Source of the DNA: Alphaproteobacteria bacterium
GTDB lineage: Bacteria; Pseudomonadota; Alphaproteobacteria; MPNO01; UBA830
Assembly: GCA_964291215.2 (NCBI GenBank)
Contig: OZ219791.1
Span: forward strand, 3,296,001 to 3,360,000
Length of the DNA: 64,000 bases
Direction of reading: 5' to 3'
Shown here: piece after piece, positions 21,695 to 33,000 of the stretch
How the letters are laid out: each line of letters opens with the position of its first letter
How positions within the stretch are numbered: the first letter of the stretch is position 1
Notes under the pieces: generated by a model
The model's database searches: none
Told to the model about the DNA's origin: nothing
Seen by the model: only the letters and a program-made list of their open reading frames with translations
Position numbers and translations under genes: made by a program

Positions 21695-22557
21695 CCTCCC
21701 GCAATCTTGCGGGTTGGGTAAACTAGTATATAAGCCCCTTTTGTTTCCAACACAGTAACTGCTCACCCCCTGGTTCCGGCTTGATGTCGGGGTAGAGCAA
21801 CGAACGGGTTTTCGTGGAGATTTGACACTGCATGCCGATTCGCTTAGTGGTGGTAATCGAGAACGACAGGGACCGCCAGTGGGCTACTTTGGATCGAAGG
21901 CGACGAGCGGGCTGTGCCAGCTGCTTCCGGGGCTCCAGCCCCCGCATGATCTGTATATGGAAACGCATCTCGGAAGCGGCGCGCTGATGAAGCGCAAGGC
22001 CGGGTGATGGCGACGGTCAACGCGGCGCGCGAGGAGTTCGAAGCGGCCAAGACCCGGATCGCGGCGCTGCGTGCGGCCGGCAAGGTGCCGAAAGAGGCCG
22101 TGATCCGCGTCTTCTTCATCCTGCTCGACATCCTCATCGTCGTCCTTCTGGAGAAGACCACGCACGAGCCGGAACTCCGGTCTGCCGCCGTCACAGACGG
22201 ACGAGAGCGTGCCGGGAGCAACGGCAAGGGCCCGAAGCCAAACCGGCAGATGGGCGACAACCTGCGCAAGACTATCGTCGAGGAGACGGTCGCGGCCTGC
22301 GACGCCTGCGGCGCTGACGGCCCCGTCGATCGGGAGCGCCGCGTCCTCTACGACATCGTGTTCGAGGTCGTGCCGCGCCGAGATCAAGGAATGCCCGAAG
22401 TGCAAGGCCCGGGACCGGTTCCCCGAAAACATCCCGTGCAGTACGGCATCGGCATCCAAGCCCTCGTCATCAACCTGCTGGTCGCCCAGATGCTGTCCCT
22501 GCGCCGTCGCGCTCGTGCAGGCGATCTCCGGCATCAAGCTCTCCGAGGCCTCAGCTA

Positions 22558-23851
22558 GATTACGCAACCTGATGTCTGGAAATTGTCGTGAAGCTGATCG
22601 AGCAGTTCCCATTTGATGTATGCCTTGGTTTCGGTTTCCCATTTTTCGTCGATGAGGACCGCGGTTGAGAGGCGCTCCAACGAGGCGAGGTTCGGAAAGA
22701 CTCTGACTTTGGAGGTGCGCCGCTTGAGCTCTTGCTGGATCGGCCGCTCGATGCCGTTCGAGGTTCGCATGCGCTTGCGGTGAGCATCGGGCAAGGTGAA
22801 GACAGCGAGCCCCGCATTGTTTTCCAGCCAGTCTGCGAAGCTTGGATGCTTGTCGCGATAGCTGGCCACGAGGGCGCCCAGTTCAGCCTCGGCGGTTTGG
22901 AGTGAGGACGCATTCCAGACGGCTCCGAGCTGTTTTCCAATACGTTTCCTGATGTCATTGTTCGGTGCGTGCTGCACGGCGTTTTGCGCCAAGTGGAACT
23001 GGCAGCGCTGCCATGTCGCCGCGCCCAGCACCGCGCGTCGTGCCGCTTTCAGCCCAGCATGGTCATCCGAGACGATGAAGGTCGTACCATGCAGGCCACG
23101 GGCTAACAAGCTTTCCAGGAAGGCTCTCCAATGGACCTCGGCCTCGGAGAGCGCCACAGAGAGCCCCAGAACGTGCCTGCAGCCCCTATTCCGATGGCCG
23201 AGAGCACTGCAACATCGCGCACAACGCCGTCATGGCGGGCTTTTTCGTAGCGCGCATCCAGGATCAAGTATTTCATCAGGGGCCGGTTGCGCGGTGAGTT
23301 CTTCGTCGAGCACCCTGGTGGCCCGACTGACCTGAGAAGAGGACAGGCTCCCGAACTCGCGCATTACATCTTGCCGTGTGGAAACACCCTTGATGTACAT
23401 CTCGGCTACGGCCAGCATGACGGCGCGAGAAGATCGCTGGCCGCGTTCAAGCGACTGGGGATAGAACGGATCGTCCCCGTGACCGTTTGGCACCTGAACG
23501 GTAACAGTGGGGGTGTCGATCCGCTTGTAGCCGTTGGCATAGCCCTGTCGCTCCGGTGTCCGTTCGTAGTGGCCCGCTTTCAAGTACTGCTCGCGCTCGA
23601 TTTGCATCGCAAGCTCGAAGAGCTGGCCAAAGACCCGCCCCAGATTCGTTGCTCCGTTTGCGATCAGATGTTCCAAAACAGTCCCGATCGTCGTAGTGTG
23701 TCGCAGGTCCATTCGCTTCCTCCATGAAGGTTTTACAACTCCATGGGATAGCACGATGGCGCCGCGTTTCACTGGGGGGCTAGCCCCCCCCCAGTGAAAC
23801 GCCTCAAAGCGCAAACCTCAGACAAATTTCCAGACATCAAGTTACAGTACC
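22558..23851 (-). mobile_element. IS256-family element, frameshifted
   Basis: EMYIKGVSTR, VSDDHAGL, WQRCQFH, RTSNGIER; IRs containing TGATGTCTGGAAATT. Confidence 0.9.
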
Positions 23852-24354
23852 ACCTGCGCGAACTGACCTTTGTCGTCGAGGCTACCGCGCGACTGATGAA
23901 GAGCCTGCTCCGCGAGGTCTGCCACAAGGTCAACAAGAGCGCATCCAAAACCCTGAACGAGGCCGACCTCCGGGCCGTGCGCAAGCGCTACCGCACCATC
24001 CTCACTCAGGGCGCCAGGGAACTGCCCGACATCCCGCCGCCGCCGAAAGGAAAACGTGGACGCAAGTCCGACGCGCACAACCTGCACGAACGTCTCGTGA
24101 AACACGAAAAGTCAGTCCTGCGCTTCATAGACGACCCCGACGTCAGCTTCACCAACAATGCCAGAGAACAGAAGATCAGGATGGCAAAGGTCAAGGTGTC
24201 CGGATGCTTCCGCTCCACGCAAAAGCATGGTGCCAAGCTACCTCACCTCCATGGCCGCACTCGGCTACAACCCACTCGTCGCCACCCAGATCGCCCTCGA
24301 CGGAAAAGCCGCAGACATCATCAACGAGCACCACGACCAATCAGAACCCAACTA

Positions 24355-25525
24355 GTCACCTGAATCTAAAGTTCGTGGCATAAGTTTTTTTCGACGCGGA
24401 GACAGAAGCGCTTGACGGCGGCGAGGATTTCGTCAGCGGACTTTGTCCACTTGAAGGGCTTGGGATTTTCGTTGTGGGTTTTGATGAAGGCCCGGATGTC
24501 GGTTTCGAGTTGCAAGGTCGAGCGGTGGACGCCACGTTGCAACTGCTTGCGGGTCAGTTCGGCGAACCAGCGCTCGACCTGATTGAGCCACGAGGCGGAT
24601 GTCGGCGTGAAGTGGACGTGCCAGTGCGGCCGCCGGGCCAGCCAGGCTTTGACCGCGGCAGTCTTGTGGGTGGCGTAGTTGTCCATGACGATGTGGATGT
24701 CGAGGCCGTCCGGGATATTGCGGTCGATCACCTTGAGGAAGTCGAGGAACTCTTTGGCCCGGTGGCGTCTGTTGCCGATGACCGCGCCGGTGGCGATGTC
24801 GAGCGCGGCGAACAGCGAGGTCGTTCCGTTGCGCTTGTAGTCATGGGTGCGCCGCTCAGGGATGCCGGGCAGCAGGACCGGCTGGGTGCGGTCGAGGGCC
24901 TGGATCTGGCTCTTTTCGTCGACGCAGAGCACCAGCGCGCGATCCGGCGGCGAGAGGTAGAGGCCGACGATGTCGCGGACCTTATCGACGAAGTGCGGAT
25001 CACGAGAGAGCTTGAACGTCTCAGCTCGGTGCGGCTGCAGGCCGAAGGCGCCCCAGATGCGCCAGATCGACGTGTGCGACAGCCCCGCCTCCTTCGCCAT
25101 CGAGCGCAGCGACCAGTGGGTCGCGTCCGCGGGCGTCGAGGTGAGCGTGCGCTCGATCACTTCCGCCACCTTCTCGTCCGCGATGCTCCGCGGGCGTCCC
25201 GGCCGGGGCTCGTCCGAAAGCCCCTCGATGCGGTCCTTGACAAAGCGCTTGCGCCACTTGCCGACGGTGTGCTCGTGCACGCCGATCTCTGCGGCCACCG
25301 CCTTGTTGCCAAGCCCGTCCGCGCAACGCAGGATTATGCGGCAACGATCCGACAGCGAGCGCGCCACACGGTGGCGGCGCACCTGCGCCTCCAGATACGA
25401 CCGTTCCGAATTACTCAAGACCAGCACCGCCAAGGGCCGTCCTATACCGCGTGGCATCGCCATGACCTCCGTGTTCACACTCCGACCGCCATCATACAAT
25501 TATACTTACTTCAGTTCCAGATGAC
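24355..25525 (-). mobile_element. IS630-family element inserted at CTAG
   Basis: CTAG at 24352-55 and 25525-28; IRs GTCACCTGAATCT / AGTTCCAGATGAC. Confidence 0.9.
24366..25463 (-). CDS. IS630 transposase (open frame, two apparent 2-codon deletions)
   Basis: [26 protein letters not shown]. Confidence 0.9.
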   Translation of the reverse strand: MAMPRGIGRPLAVLVLSNSERSYLEAQVRRHRVARSLSDRCRIILRCADGLGNKAVAAEIGVHEHTVGKWRKRFVKDRIEGLSDEPRPGRPRSIADEKVAEVIERTLTSTPADATHWSLRSMAKEAGLSHTSIWRIWGAFGLQPHRAETFKLSRDPHFVDKVRDIVGLYLSPPDRALVLCVDEKSQIQALDRTQPVLLPGIPERRTHDYKRNGTTSLFAALDIATGAVIGNRRHRAKEFLDFLKVIDRNIPDGLDIHIVMDNYATHKTAAVKAWLARRPHWHVHFTPTSASWLNQVERWFAELTRKQLQRGVHRSTLQLETDIRAFIKTHNENPKPFKWTKSADEILAAVKRFCLRVEKNLCHEL

Positions 25526-25527
25526 TA

Positions 25528-25726
25528 GTGTTGTGTCCCGCAAATACGCGCATATAACCTTTCAAGCTTGTCGAAGATCGAATCTGCGGTTACGACCCAT
25601 ACGAAAGGGGATGTGGATTTTCGGTGGGCAACCAGAGGGGAAGTTGGCGGCCGCGGGGCATATCGAAAGGCCTCCTGTTGCGAGAGAGACCGAGAATATA
25701 TCACACTTATTTACGGGACACTACAC
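25528..25726. mobile_element. ~200-bp MITE (IS630-like ends)
   Basis: IRs GTGTTGTGTCCCGCAAATA / TATTTACGGGACACTACAC, CTAG at both sides. Confidence 0.8.
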
Positions 25727-26118
25727 TAGGGGTGAGTAGATACGATTCGGTTACTCCTTCGTTTCAGGGGGCTTTCACCCCCTGTCTTCTGCCAGTTCGC
25801 CTGGCACACCGGAACCAGCTCTGCCCGCTCGACCCGGGGCGCACCGTCGTCCCGGGCCTCGGCACCCCGCAGCGCGTACACGCTCTCACGCACCCGCCGC
25901 TCCGTTTCCTCAAAGGCCTCGGCGCTGCGAACCGAGTTGCCGATGACAAACCGCGGTTATCTGCGTGACCGCCTCGACAACCCGAGCGGCAAGCCGGAAA
26001 TATCGATCGACGCGGAAGGCTGCGAAACTGACATGGGAGCGCTCCTGATGCTGTGGATTGTCTCCAATATCATCTCGCATCTTGCGGTGCAGAGCGTTCC
26101 CACCTCCACCGCTCGGCC

Positions 26119-26238
26119 CGTGACAAAATCCTGTCCTGAAACCGGCGATTGTCACGAAAACCCGTTTTCGCCGCTGCCTCGCGACCACACAACCGCGTTA
26201 AATCAATGATTTGCATTCGCCATGCGAGAACTGCACCC
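26119..26238 (-). repeat. Left end of ISKra4/ISLre2-like element
   Basis: Near-identical to 60503-60613; terminus GGGTGCAGTTCTC. Confidence 0.7.
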
Positions 26239-26239
26239 G

Positions 26240-26453
26240 GACCGCGCGCTGCAACACCCCGCCCGTGCCCTGCGAGACCTTGGTCGAGGTCCCGCGCCAC
26301 GGCGGCGGTGTCTGCCGGGCCGCGGGCTGGACCCGCGTCGGAACAACCAGAGGGCGCGGCCGCTACGACCGACATGACAGGGCCGACAAGCCGAAGAAGG
26401 ACATCTGGCTCTGCCCGCTCCGCAAGGACCGGAAGCGGGCCCTCAATCGCTGA
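26240..26453 (+). pseudogene. C-terminal fragment of DUF4338 protein
   Basis: ETLVE..AAGWTRVGTTRGRGRYD..KKDIWLCPL. Confidence 0.65.
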
Positions 26454-26513
26454 ACCCTGCAACCGCCAACCGGCACAGGATGGCGCTCAGCTCCTCCTCC
26501 GCAGCGCCGGGAC

Positions 26514-26706
26514 CACAGTGATCCCACGCTGTTAATCCGGCGACGACTGGCGAGATTTTTTCAGTTTGCGTCGCGCTGCAATCGTGCCGCCAAGGCTTGA
26601 TGGGGCCTTCTCGGCACGAAAATTGTGATCAAGGAGGCGATTTGTGATGAGTCGAGCCCCAACGTATTCGGATTTCGCGTCTCCGAATTAGCATGGGATC
26701 GTCGTG
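26514..26706 (+). mobile_element. ISAs1-type MITE (copy 1)
   Basis: Ends CACAGTGATCCCACG / CATGGGATCGTCGTG resemble IRs of 43474-45398; 9-bp TSD CGCCGGGAC/CGCTGGGAC. Confidence 0.75.
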
Positions 26707-27268
26707 CGCTGGGACAAAACCGCAACCAATGCGGAAAACACGGCATGGCGCCAGTGCCCCTCACCGCGCATCCCGGTGCACGAAACCGCTCCGGGTAACT
26801 CTGGAACTCCCTGACAAAAGCCCGTCAAACGGACGAAAACAACAACACCTCACCGCACGAACGAACGCTTACAGTTACCGTTTTCTGTTCGATTCGGCAC
26901 TACGGCCTGGTGGACCGGGACGCATGTCTCCGGTTGCAGGAAATCAGCACCTTAAAGCCATTGTTCACGACAAATGTTCTCCATATGTTCTGCATCCATG
27001 CCGGAACACCTTTCCATCGCGAACGCTTCCGCAGGTCGGGCCGGTTGGCCCTGTGGCCACCCGAACCGCCGTGCGCGAAGGCGCACGGCCCTCCCGGGAA
27101 GCGCCCGACTGGCCTCCGGAACGCGGATGGACACTGCCGGCAAGGGCGACGGGCCGGGTTCGATCAGGCTCTTCGAATTGCCGCTCCCCGGCACGGTGAT
27201 CGGCGACGTACCAGTGAACGGCGCTCCCGGGTGGTCCGGGCGGTTGTCGGACAGGCTGTCGCAGCGCT

Positions 27269-29218
27269 TTGTTGGCCGGATACGAAGCCGTGGCAAGCGC
27301 TCGAAGCGCCCCTCGATCTCATGTCTCCGCTGCTGTTGTCGGACGGGCGGCCGGCATGGCACCTGAAATCCCCGAGGTGTCGTCGACCGCGGTTCTCGCG
27401 GGCACGTTGGGCCTCGCCCTGGTCCTGTTCTATGCGACTGACCGCCGCGAGAAATGGCTCTGGCTCCGGTTCTGCGTGCATGGCGGCGCGCTCGCGGCCT
27501 GCGGCGCGATCCTGTGGACGGCGGTCGTGCGGCCGCTCGCCGACAACGGCCCGGCGGCACTTCTCGCACCCCTTCAGGAGGCCGCGTTCGGCGGTTCGGC
27601 CGCCGTCATGCTGGCCCTGCCGGGATTCGTGATCATGACCGTGCTGTGGCTCGAGGTCGCCGTGCAGGCGCTCAAGCGCCTCCACCGGCGGACGCGGCGG
27701 CAACGCGCCGATTCCGACCTCTATGGCCGGGCGTCGTTCCTCGATCCGCGTTTCGTGACGCGGTTAACGCGGCGTGACGGTATTCTCCTCGGCCAGCGGG
27801 GCTCCGGTCTGGAGGCGCCGATCGTCGCCTGGCCGCTGGAGGGCTCCGCGATCACCATCGCGCCGCCGCGGACGGGGAAGGGCGCGACGATTGCGCTCAA
27901 CCTCCTGTCGCCCGGGTGGCGCGGTTTTGCAGGCTCGACCGTAATCATCGATCCCCGCGGCGAGATCTGGTGCGTCGCCGCGCGCCGCCGCCGGGAGATG
28001 GGGCGTCAGGTGCTGCTTCTCGATCCGTTCTCGGTCGTCGAGAGGCATGCGGCGCAGTTCCCCGAAGCGCACCTGCCGGTGACCGGGAGCGCGGTGTTCA
28101 ATCCGCTGGACTTCATCCGCGACGACGAGAATCACGCCTACCACGACATCAACATCCTGCTCGACGCGCTGCTGACGCCGCCGAAGCCCGATGCCCATCC
28201 CGCGGCCAGGCATTTCTACGAGTCCGCGCACGCGATCATCGCCGGCTACATGGCTTGGGTTCGCTATCGCGAACCGGAGCCGCAGCGTACTCTGGAGAGG
28301 CTTCACCAGATGCTGTCGATGTCGGCCAGGCAGCAGGACACCTTTGCCGAGGCGATTCGCGAGACCGAACGTTTTGCCGGCGGCCTGACCCATCTCGCGG
28401 TCGAGAGACAGAGCCAGACGGGATCGGACGAGAAGGGGTCGAATTTCTCGACGATCGCGAACCAGCTCGCGTTCCTGAACTTTCCCGAACTCCGGTCGCA
28501 CACCCGAAAGTCGAATTTCGATCCTCTGGATCTTGCCGACGGCAAGACCGATCTGTTCGTGGTCGCGCCGGAGGAGATGATTGATCACGTCAGGGGCTGG
28601 ATCAGGCTTTGGATCACGATCCCGAACGCGGTGTCGGGGCGCCGCGCCCTGGAGCGGGACCTCTTCCTGATCATCGACGAGATGCCGCGGCTGGGCTTCC
28701 TCAAGCCGGTCATGGACGGCTACAACCTGGCGGCCGGCAGGGGCGTGCATTTCTGGTGCTTCGCGCAGTCGCTGTCGGCTCTCGATTCGACCTGGGGCCG
28801 GGATCACCGCAAGACGCTCACGGATCTTGCCGAGGTTGTGCAGGTCCTCGGCTTCCCGCGCACGGATGCGGCGGGGGCGGAGGAGATGTCGAAGGCGCTC
28901 GGCACGGCAACCTTCGAATCGAGAACCGAAAGCCGCTCGGGAACGATTTCCGAAAGCAGGGTCCTGGCGGCCAATACCCAGTGGCAGGCCGGAGAATCGC
29001 GCACAGTGGTGCGCGAACGGCTGGTCACGCCCGACGAGCTGATGACGCTGCCGCCCGATCGGCAGTTCGTGATCGCCGCGCCAAAGGACATGCCGCGCGA
29101 TCCGCTGCACCTCAATCACACCCGCTACTGGAAACACCGTGCAACCGAACTGCTTGCCGATCCGAATCCGCTGGCCATGCGCAAGCGTTGCGCCGCGCCG
29201 CAGCTGGCAGCTGGCTGA
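27269..29218 (+). CDS. Type IV coupling protein (VirD4/TraG family)
   Basis: N-terminal TMs, Walker A APPRTGKG, IDPRGE, FNPLD, LIIDEM, QSLS; start uncertain. Confidence 0.92.
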   Translation: MLAGYEAVASARSAPRSHVSAAVVGRAAGMAPEIPEVSSTAVLAGTLGLALVLFYATDRREKWLWLRFCVHGGALAACGAILWTAVVRPLADNGPAALLAPLQEAAFGGSAAVMLALPGFVIMTVLWLEVAVQALKRLHRRTRRQRADSDLYGRASFLDPRFVTRLTRRDGILLGQRGSGLEAPIVAWPLEGSAITIAPPRTGKGATIALNLLSPGWRGFAGSTVIIDPRGEIWCVAARRRREMGRQVLLLDPFSVVERHAAQFPEAHLPVTGSAVFNPLDFIRDDENHAYHDINILLDALLTPPKPDAHPAARHFYESAHAIIAGYMAWVRYREPEPQRTLERLHQMLSMSARQQDTFAEAIRETERFAGGLTHLAVERQSQTGSDEKGSNFSTIANQLAFLNFPELRSHTRKSNFDPLDLADGKTDLFVVAPEEMIDHVRGWIRLWITIPNAVSGRRALERDLFLIIDEMPRLGFLKPVMDGYNLAAGRGVHFWCFAQSLSALDSTWGRDHRKTLTDLAEVVQVLGFPRTDAAGAEEMSKALGTATFESRTESRSGTISESRVLAANTQWQAGESRTVVRERLVTPDELMTLPPDRQFVIAAPKDMPRDPLHLNHTRYWKHRATELLADPNPLAMRKRCAAPQLAAG

Positions 29219-29255
29219 CGGAATGTCCGAACATTTCATCGCACAACAGGGAGAA

Positions 29256-29906
29256 ATGACGATGACGAAAAACCGGAGAACGGAATCGGCAACAGAAGGG
29301 ATCTGCGGGACCGCGGCTGTGCCGAAGACCGGAGACCCGGCCGCCGGTCGCGACGGCGCGAATACGCCGGAAGCGCAGCTTCGCGGCCACGATGCCGACC
29401 CAAAGGCGGGCGGCGCCGCCTTCGCGCCCGGGCAGGCTGTCGACAACATGACGGTTCAGCGCAAGGCCATGGAGGAGATCCAGGAAACCCTGCAAGGCCT
29501 CGTTGAGGCTGTCGAGGCAACAGGACGGCTGATGAGCTTCCTTGGCGGTAGGGGGAAGCCGACGGCGGAGGGCGATTCCGCAGATGATCCGCTTGAGAAG
29601 GCTGCGCAGCGGATCGAGGAACAGGTGCGCGTATACACCGCCGACTTTCACAGGTGGCAGGAGATCAACCGGCGGGTTCCGGCAAGGCTCCGGGCGGCGT
29701 TTGCCGCGGTCTCATTTGTCGCGGTGTTCTCCCTTGGCGTTCTGGTCGAACAGCGCTGGCAGCCGATTCCGGTCCAGGACGACACCGGCGGGTGGAAGAA
29801 TCATGTCTGGCAACACTATGGCCGGCAGGTTGCCGACTGCTACCGGGGCATCGGAGAGAAGGCTGCCGACGGGTCGTGCGTGGTCATCGTGCGGCAGAAG
29901 CGGTAG
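29256..29906 (+). CDS. Hypothetical coiled-coil/single-TM protein
   Basis: GGAG RBS; lies between T4CP and relaxase. Confidence 0.7.
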   Translation: MTMTKNRRTESATEGICGTAAVPKTGDPAAGRDGANTPEAQLRGHDADPKAGGAAFAPGQAVDNMTVQRKAMEEIQETLQGLVEAVEATGRLMSFLGGRGKPTAEGDSADDPLEKAAQRIEEQVRVYTADFHRWQEINRRVPARLRAAFAAVSFVAVFSLGVLVEQRWQPIPVQDDTGGWKNHVWQHYGRQVADCYRGIGEKAADGSCVVIVRQKR

Positions 29907-30042
29907 CCGGGAGGCGAATCGATGGCCCGCGCAGCAGCCGGATCGGCCCCTCTTCTGCCGGACAAGGCGTTCCGCCACGGTCGGCAGCACTCGCTGCCGC
30001 CGGATCGGGGCGTCCGGTCGCCGCAAGGACTGGTTGTCTGAC

Positions 30043-33000
30043 ATGGTTGCGACGTACGGAAGATCGGGTGGGCCGCAATACTATCTGGACAGTCAGCAGA
30101 CGCTCCACGGGCCCCGGCACGGCGCGGACGGATCTCGGGAGGCTCAGGGGGCTTGGTGGAACCCCGGCGGCATGTTCAGCCTGCCCGACGGAGATCCGGT
30201 CGAGCCCGAGGCTTTCCGCAATCTTCATCGCGGCCGTTCTCCGGACGGCCTGACGGGCCTTGCGCGGAGATTCCGCGGCCAGCGCCGTGGCGGCACCGAT
30301 CTGGTGTTCGCTGCCGACAAGTCGGTTTCCGCCCTGTGGGCGCTGGCCGATCCGGCGATGGGCCGGCAAATCGAAGAGGCGCACGACGCGGCCGTTCGCG
30401 TGGCGCTCGACGAGATTGTCGCGAAGCGTGCGAGCTGGGCGGTGAGTAGGCGCAACGGCGGACGCGAGTTTGGCGCCGCGAAGGTCCTGGGAGCCACGTT
30501 CCGGCATGGATGCAGCCGACAAGGAGACCCGCACCTTCACACTCACGGCGTGATTTTCAATCTCGCGTGGTCCTTCGATGACGGAATCTGTCGATCCTTG
30601 GAATCCCGGCCGCTCCATAGCTGGATGAAGGCTGCCGCATCGGTCTATCGGCACGCGTTGGCTTGGGGCCTCGGTGAGCGACTCGGGATCCGGTGCGAGC
30701 GGTATGGCCGCAACGGCGCCTATGCGCGCGTTGCCGGGATGCCTTTCGGACTTGTGCGTGACTGGTCGAAACGCATGCGGGCCATGAGGGCGGCGATGGA
30801 GGACGCGGGGATGCGGGCGCGCGGCGCGTCGCCGTCGCAGATCGAGGCGATTGCACGGAAGACCCGCGACGGGAGAGCCGAGCCGCATCCGGCGCTCGAG
30901 AACCTGGTTCCGGTTTGGATGCGCGAGCAGAGAGCCCATGTCGCCGACCCGGCCCGCCTGATCGCATCCCTGCCCGAGCCCGACCGGTCCGACGCCCGGT
31001 TCCGCGAGATTCTCCATAACCTCGAACACCTGCCCGAAAAGCTTGTGGCCGGCCGTTTCGTTTTCTCCTACCCATTGGTAGTCGAAGAAGTCTGCAATGC
31101 AACGGCCGGCTACATGGACTGGTCGTCCGCCGAGACCTGGACGGCGAATATCGTTTCCCGCCCCGAGGTTGTGCGCGTCGACGATCCGGAAAGGTCCCCC
31201 GCTGCGCGGGCCGGGCAGGAAGGCCTGCAGATCTACAGGCTGAGGGCAACACCGGGCCTTGAGGAGGAGGTGAGGCAGGCGGTGCGGGAGCTGAACGCGG
31301 ACGGGCGCTTCCATGTGCCGCGGCCGGATGTCGAGGACAGGATTGGGGCGCTCCTGGAGGCCGGATACCCGCTCGACGATGATCACATCGCGGCGATCCG
31401 GCGCTGTACGTCTTCGAGCCGTGTAGCGGCAATCGAGTTCGCGCCAGCGATGGACCGAAGCCTGGTGCTGCGTCCGGTCAGGGATCTCTATCGGGAACAT
31501 GGCTATCAGGTGATCGGCACCGCATCCACCTTGCGTGCGGCCGCGGAACTTTACAATGAGAGCGGTATCGCCGCCGTGCAGGTTGGGCGGTTTCTGCGGA
31601 TGGGCAGAAACGGCGCCATCGACAAGGACCGCCCCCTGGTTCTGGCGGTTGCCGACGCGGGCATTCTTGACGCGCGGGAAATCGGGATTCTTCTCGAGTT
31701 CTCGGAGCGACATCTCGCCAAGATCCTCCTGGTTGCGACTTCGGGTCAGCGGCCGAGGCTCGCCGTCTCCCCCGCGTTCGATCTCGTCACCGCCGCTGCC
31801 GGCCAGCAGCATGTCGGTGCAGCCACGCACTGGCGCACCGACGCGGGCCGGACATGGAGGCGAACGGCCGATGGCGCCGGCCGGGGCGGAGAGGTTGCAG
31901 AGGGGTTGCCCCGGGTCACGATTCTGCCTGATGTCGCGGTCGCGGGACAACTGGCGCAAACTCCGTCCGCCCGTGTGCGCCTCTGCGCGGGTCTCGGTGA
32001 AGCGATCGCGCGGATGGTTGATGAATGGGACCGGGTGCGGCGTGCCGGTCCTGGCGATGCCGTCGCGGTGGTCGTGCGGACACGGAACGAGGAGCAGGTC
32101 CTCAACCATGTTTTCCGCGCCCGCCTGCTGGCGGGGTCCGCGGACGGTCCGCGCGTTCGCATGCATGTGCACTGCCGTACTGGCATGGAGTACGGCACGG
32201 CGGTGCCAATCGAGGTCAAGGCAGGCGATTGGCTGAGACTCGGCGCCACGCTTTGGGAAAAGCGGTTGTTGAACGGATCGGTCGTGGTCGTCGAGGACAT
32301 CGCGTTGGTGCCCTCCGGGTCGAAAGAACCGCGCTATCTGCTGCGTGTGCGGACGGAAGCCGGGCGCCGCGAGGAGTTCTTCCACGACGAGGTACGGGAC
32401 CACCGTGGCGGCATCCGTCTCGGGCATGGATATGTCTCTACGGTTGCCAACGCGATCGGCAGATTCGACCGCCTCCTCGTTCTTGCCGACGACCGGTGGC
32501 ACATCGAGCAGTTCGAGCGTGCGGCTTTCTGCTGTCGCGGCGAAATCGATGTACATGTCAATCGCGAGCTTCTTTCCGCCGCGCTCTGTCCGGTGGGTGC
32601 AACGAACGACCCGCGATCCGCTGTCGACGATTCGCGAATTCTCGACCATCTCCGCCGCTGCTGGTCGGCGCGGCGTGGTTCCGTGCATCCCGAAAAAAGC
32701 GTCCGGCCGGAAGTTTCCAGGCTCTATCCCGACGGTTGCGCAACCGCGGTCCGTTGGGTTTCTGCCAATGACGGTGGTGACGGATCGTTGCAGAGGCTCG
32801 CACGGAACATTACTTGCGCCGAATTGGACCTGCGCCACGGTGAAACGGTTGCGGCTTTCGCCGGCGGACGGAACGAGGTGCTGGCGGAATGGTCGCGTTG
32901 CCGGGAGCGAATCGCTGTGGAGGGCGATTCCGCGCTGCTTTCGCCGTCTGTCGGCAACACCATCCGGCGGCACGAGGAGCTTTTGGATCTCGCCAGGAGC

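Larger units (their letters stand above)
18889..21738 (-). mobile_element. Intact IS1595-family transporter IS with passenger genes
   Basis: IRs GGGGATTATATACCAGTTTACCC / GGGTAAACTAGTATATAAGCCCC; perfect 8-bp TSD TTTTGTTT (18881-88, 21739-46). Confidence 0.93.
21755..25743 (+). mobile_element. IS66 (copy 2), degraded, containing nested IS256, IS630 and MITE
   Basis: IRL GTAACTGCTCACCCCC at 21755, IRR GGGGTGAGTAGATAC ending 25743; VSFTNN..EQKIRMAKVK motif. Confidence 0.88.

Noticed and set aside
25744-26118. Possible gene remnant (ORF 25937-26209)
   Set aside because: No family recognised, and the ORF runs into an IS end.
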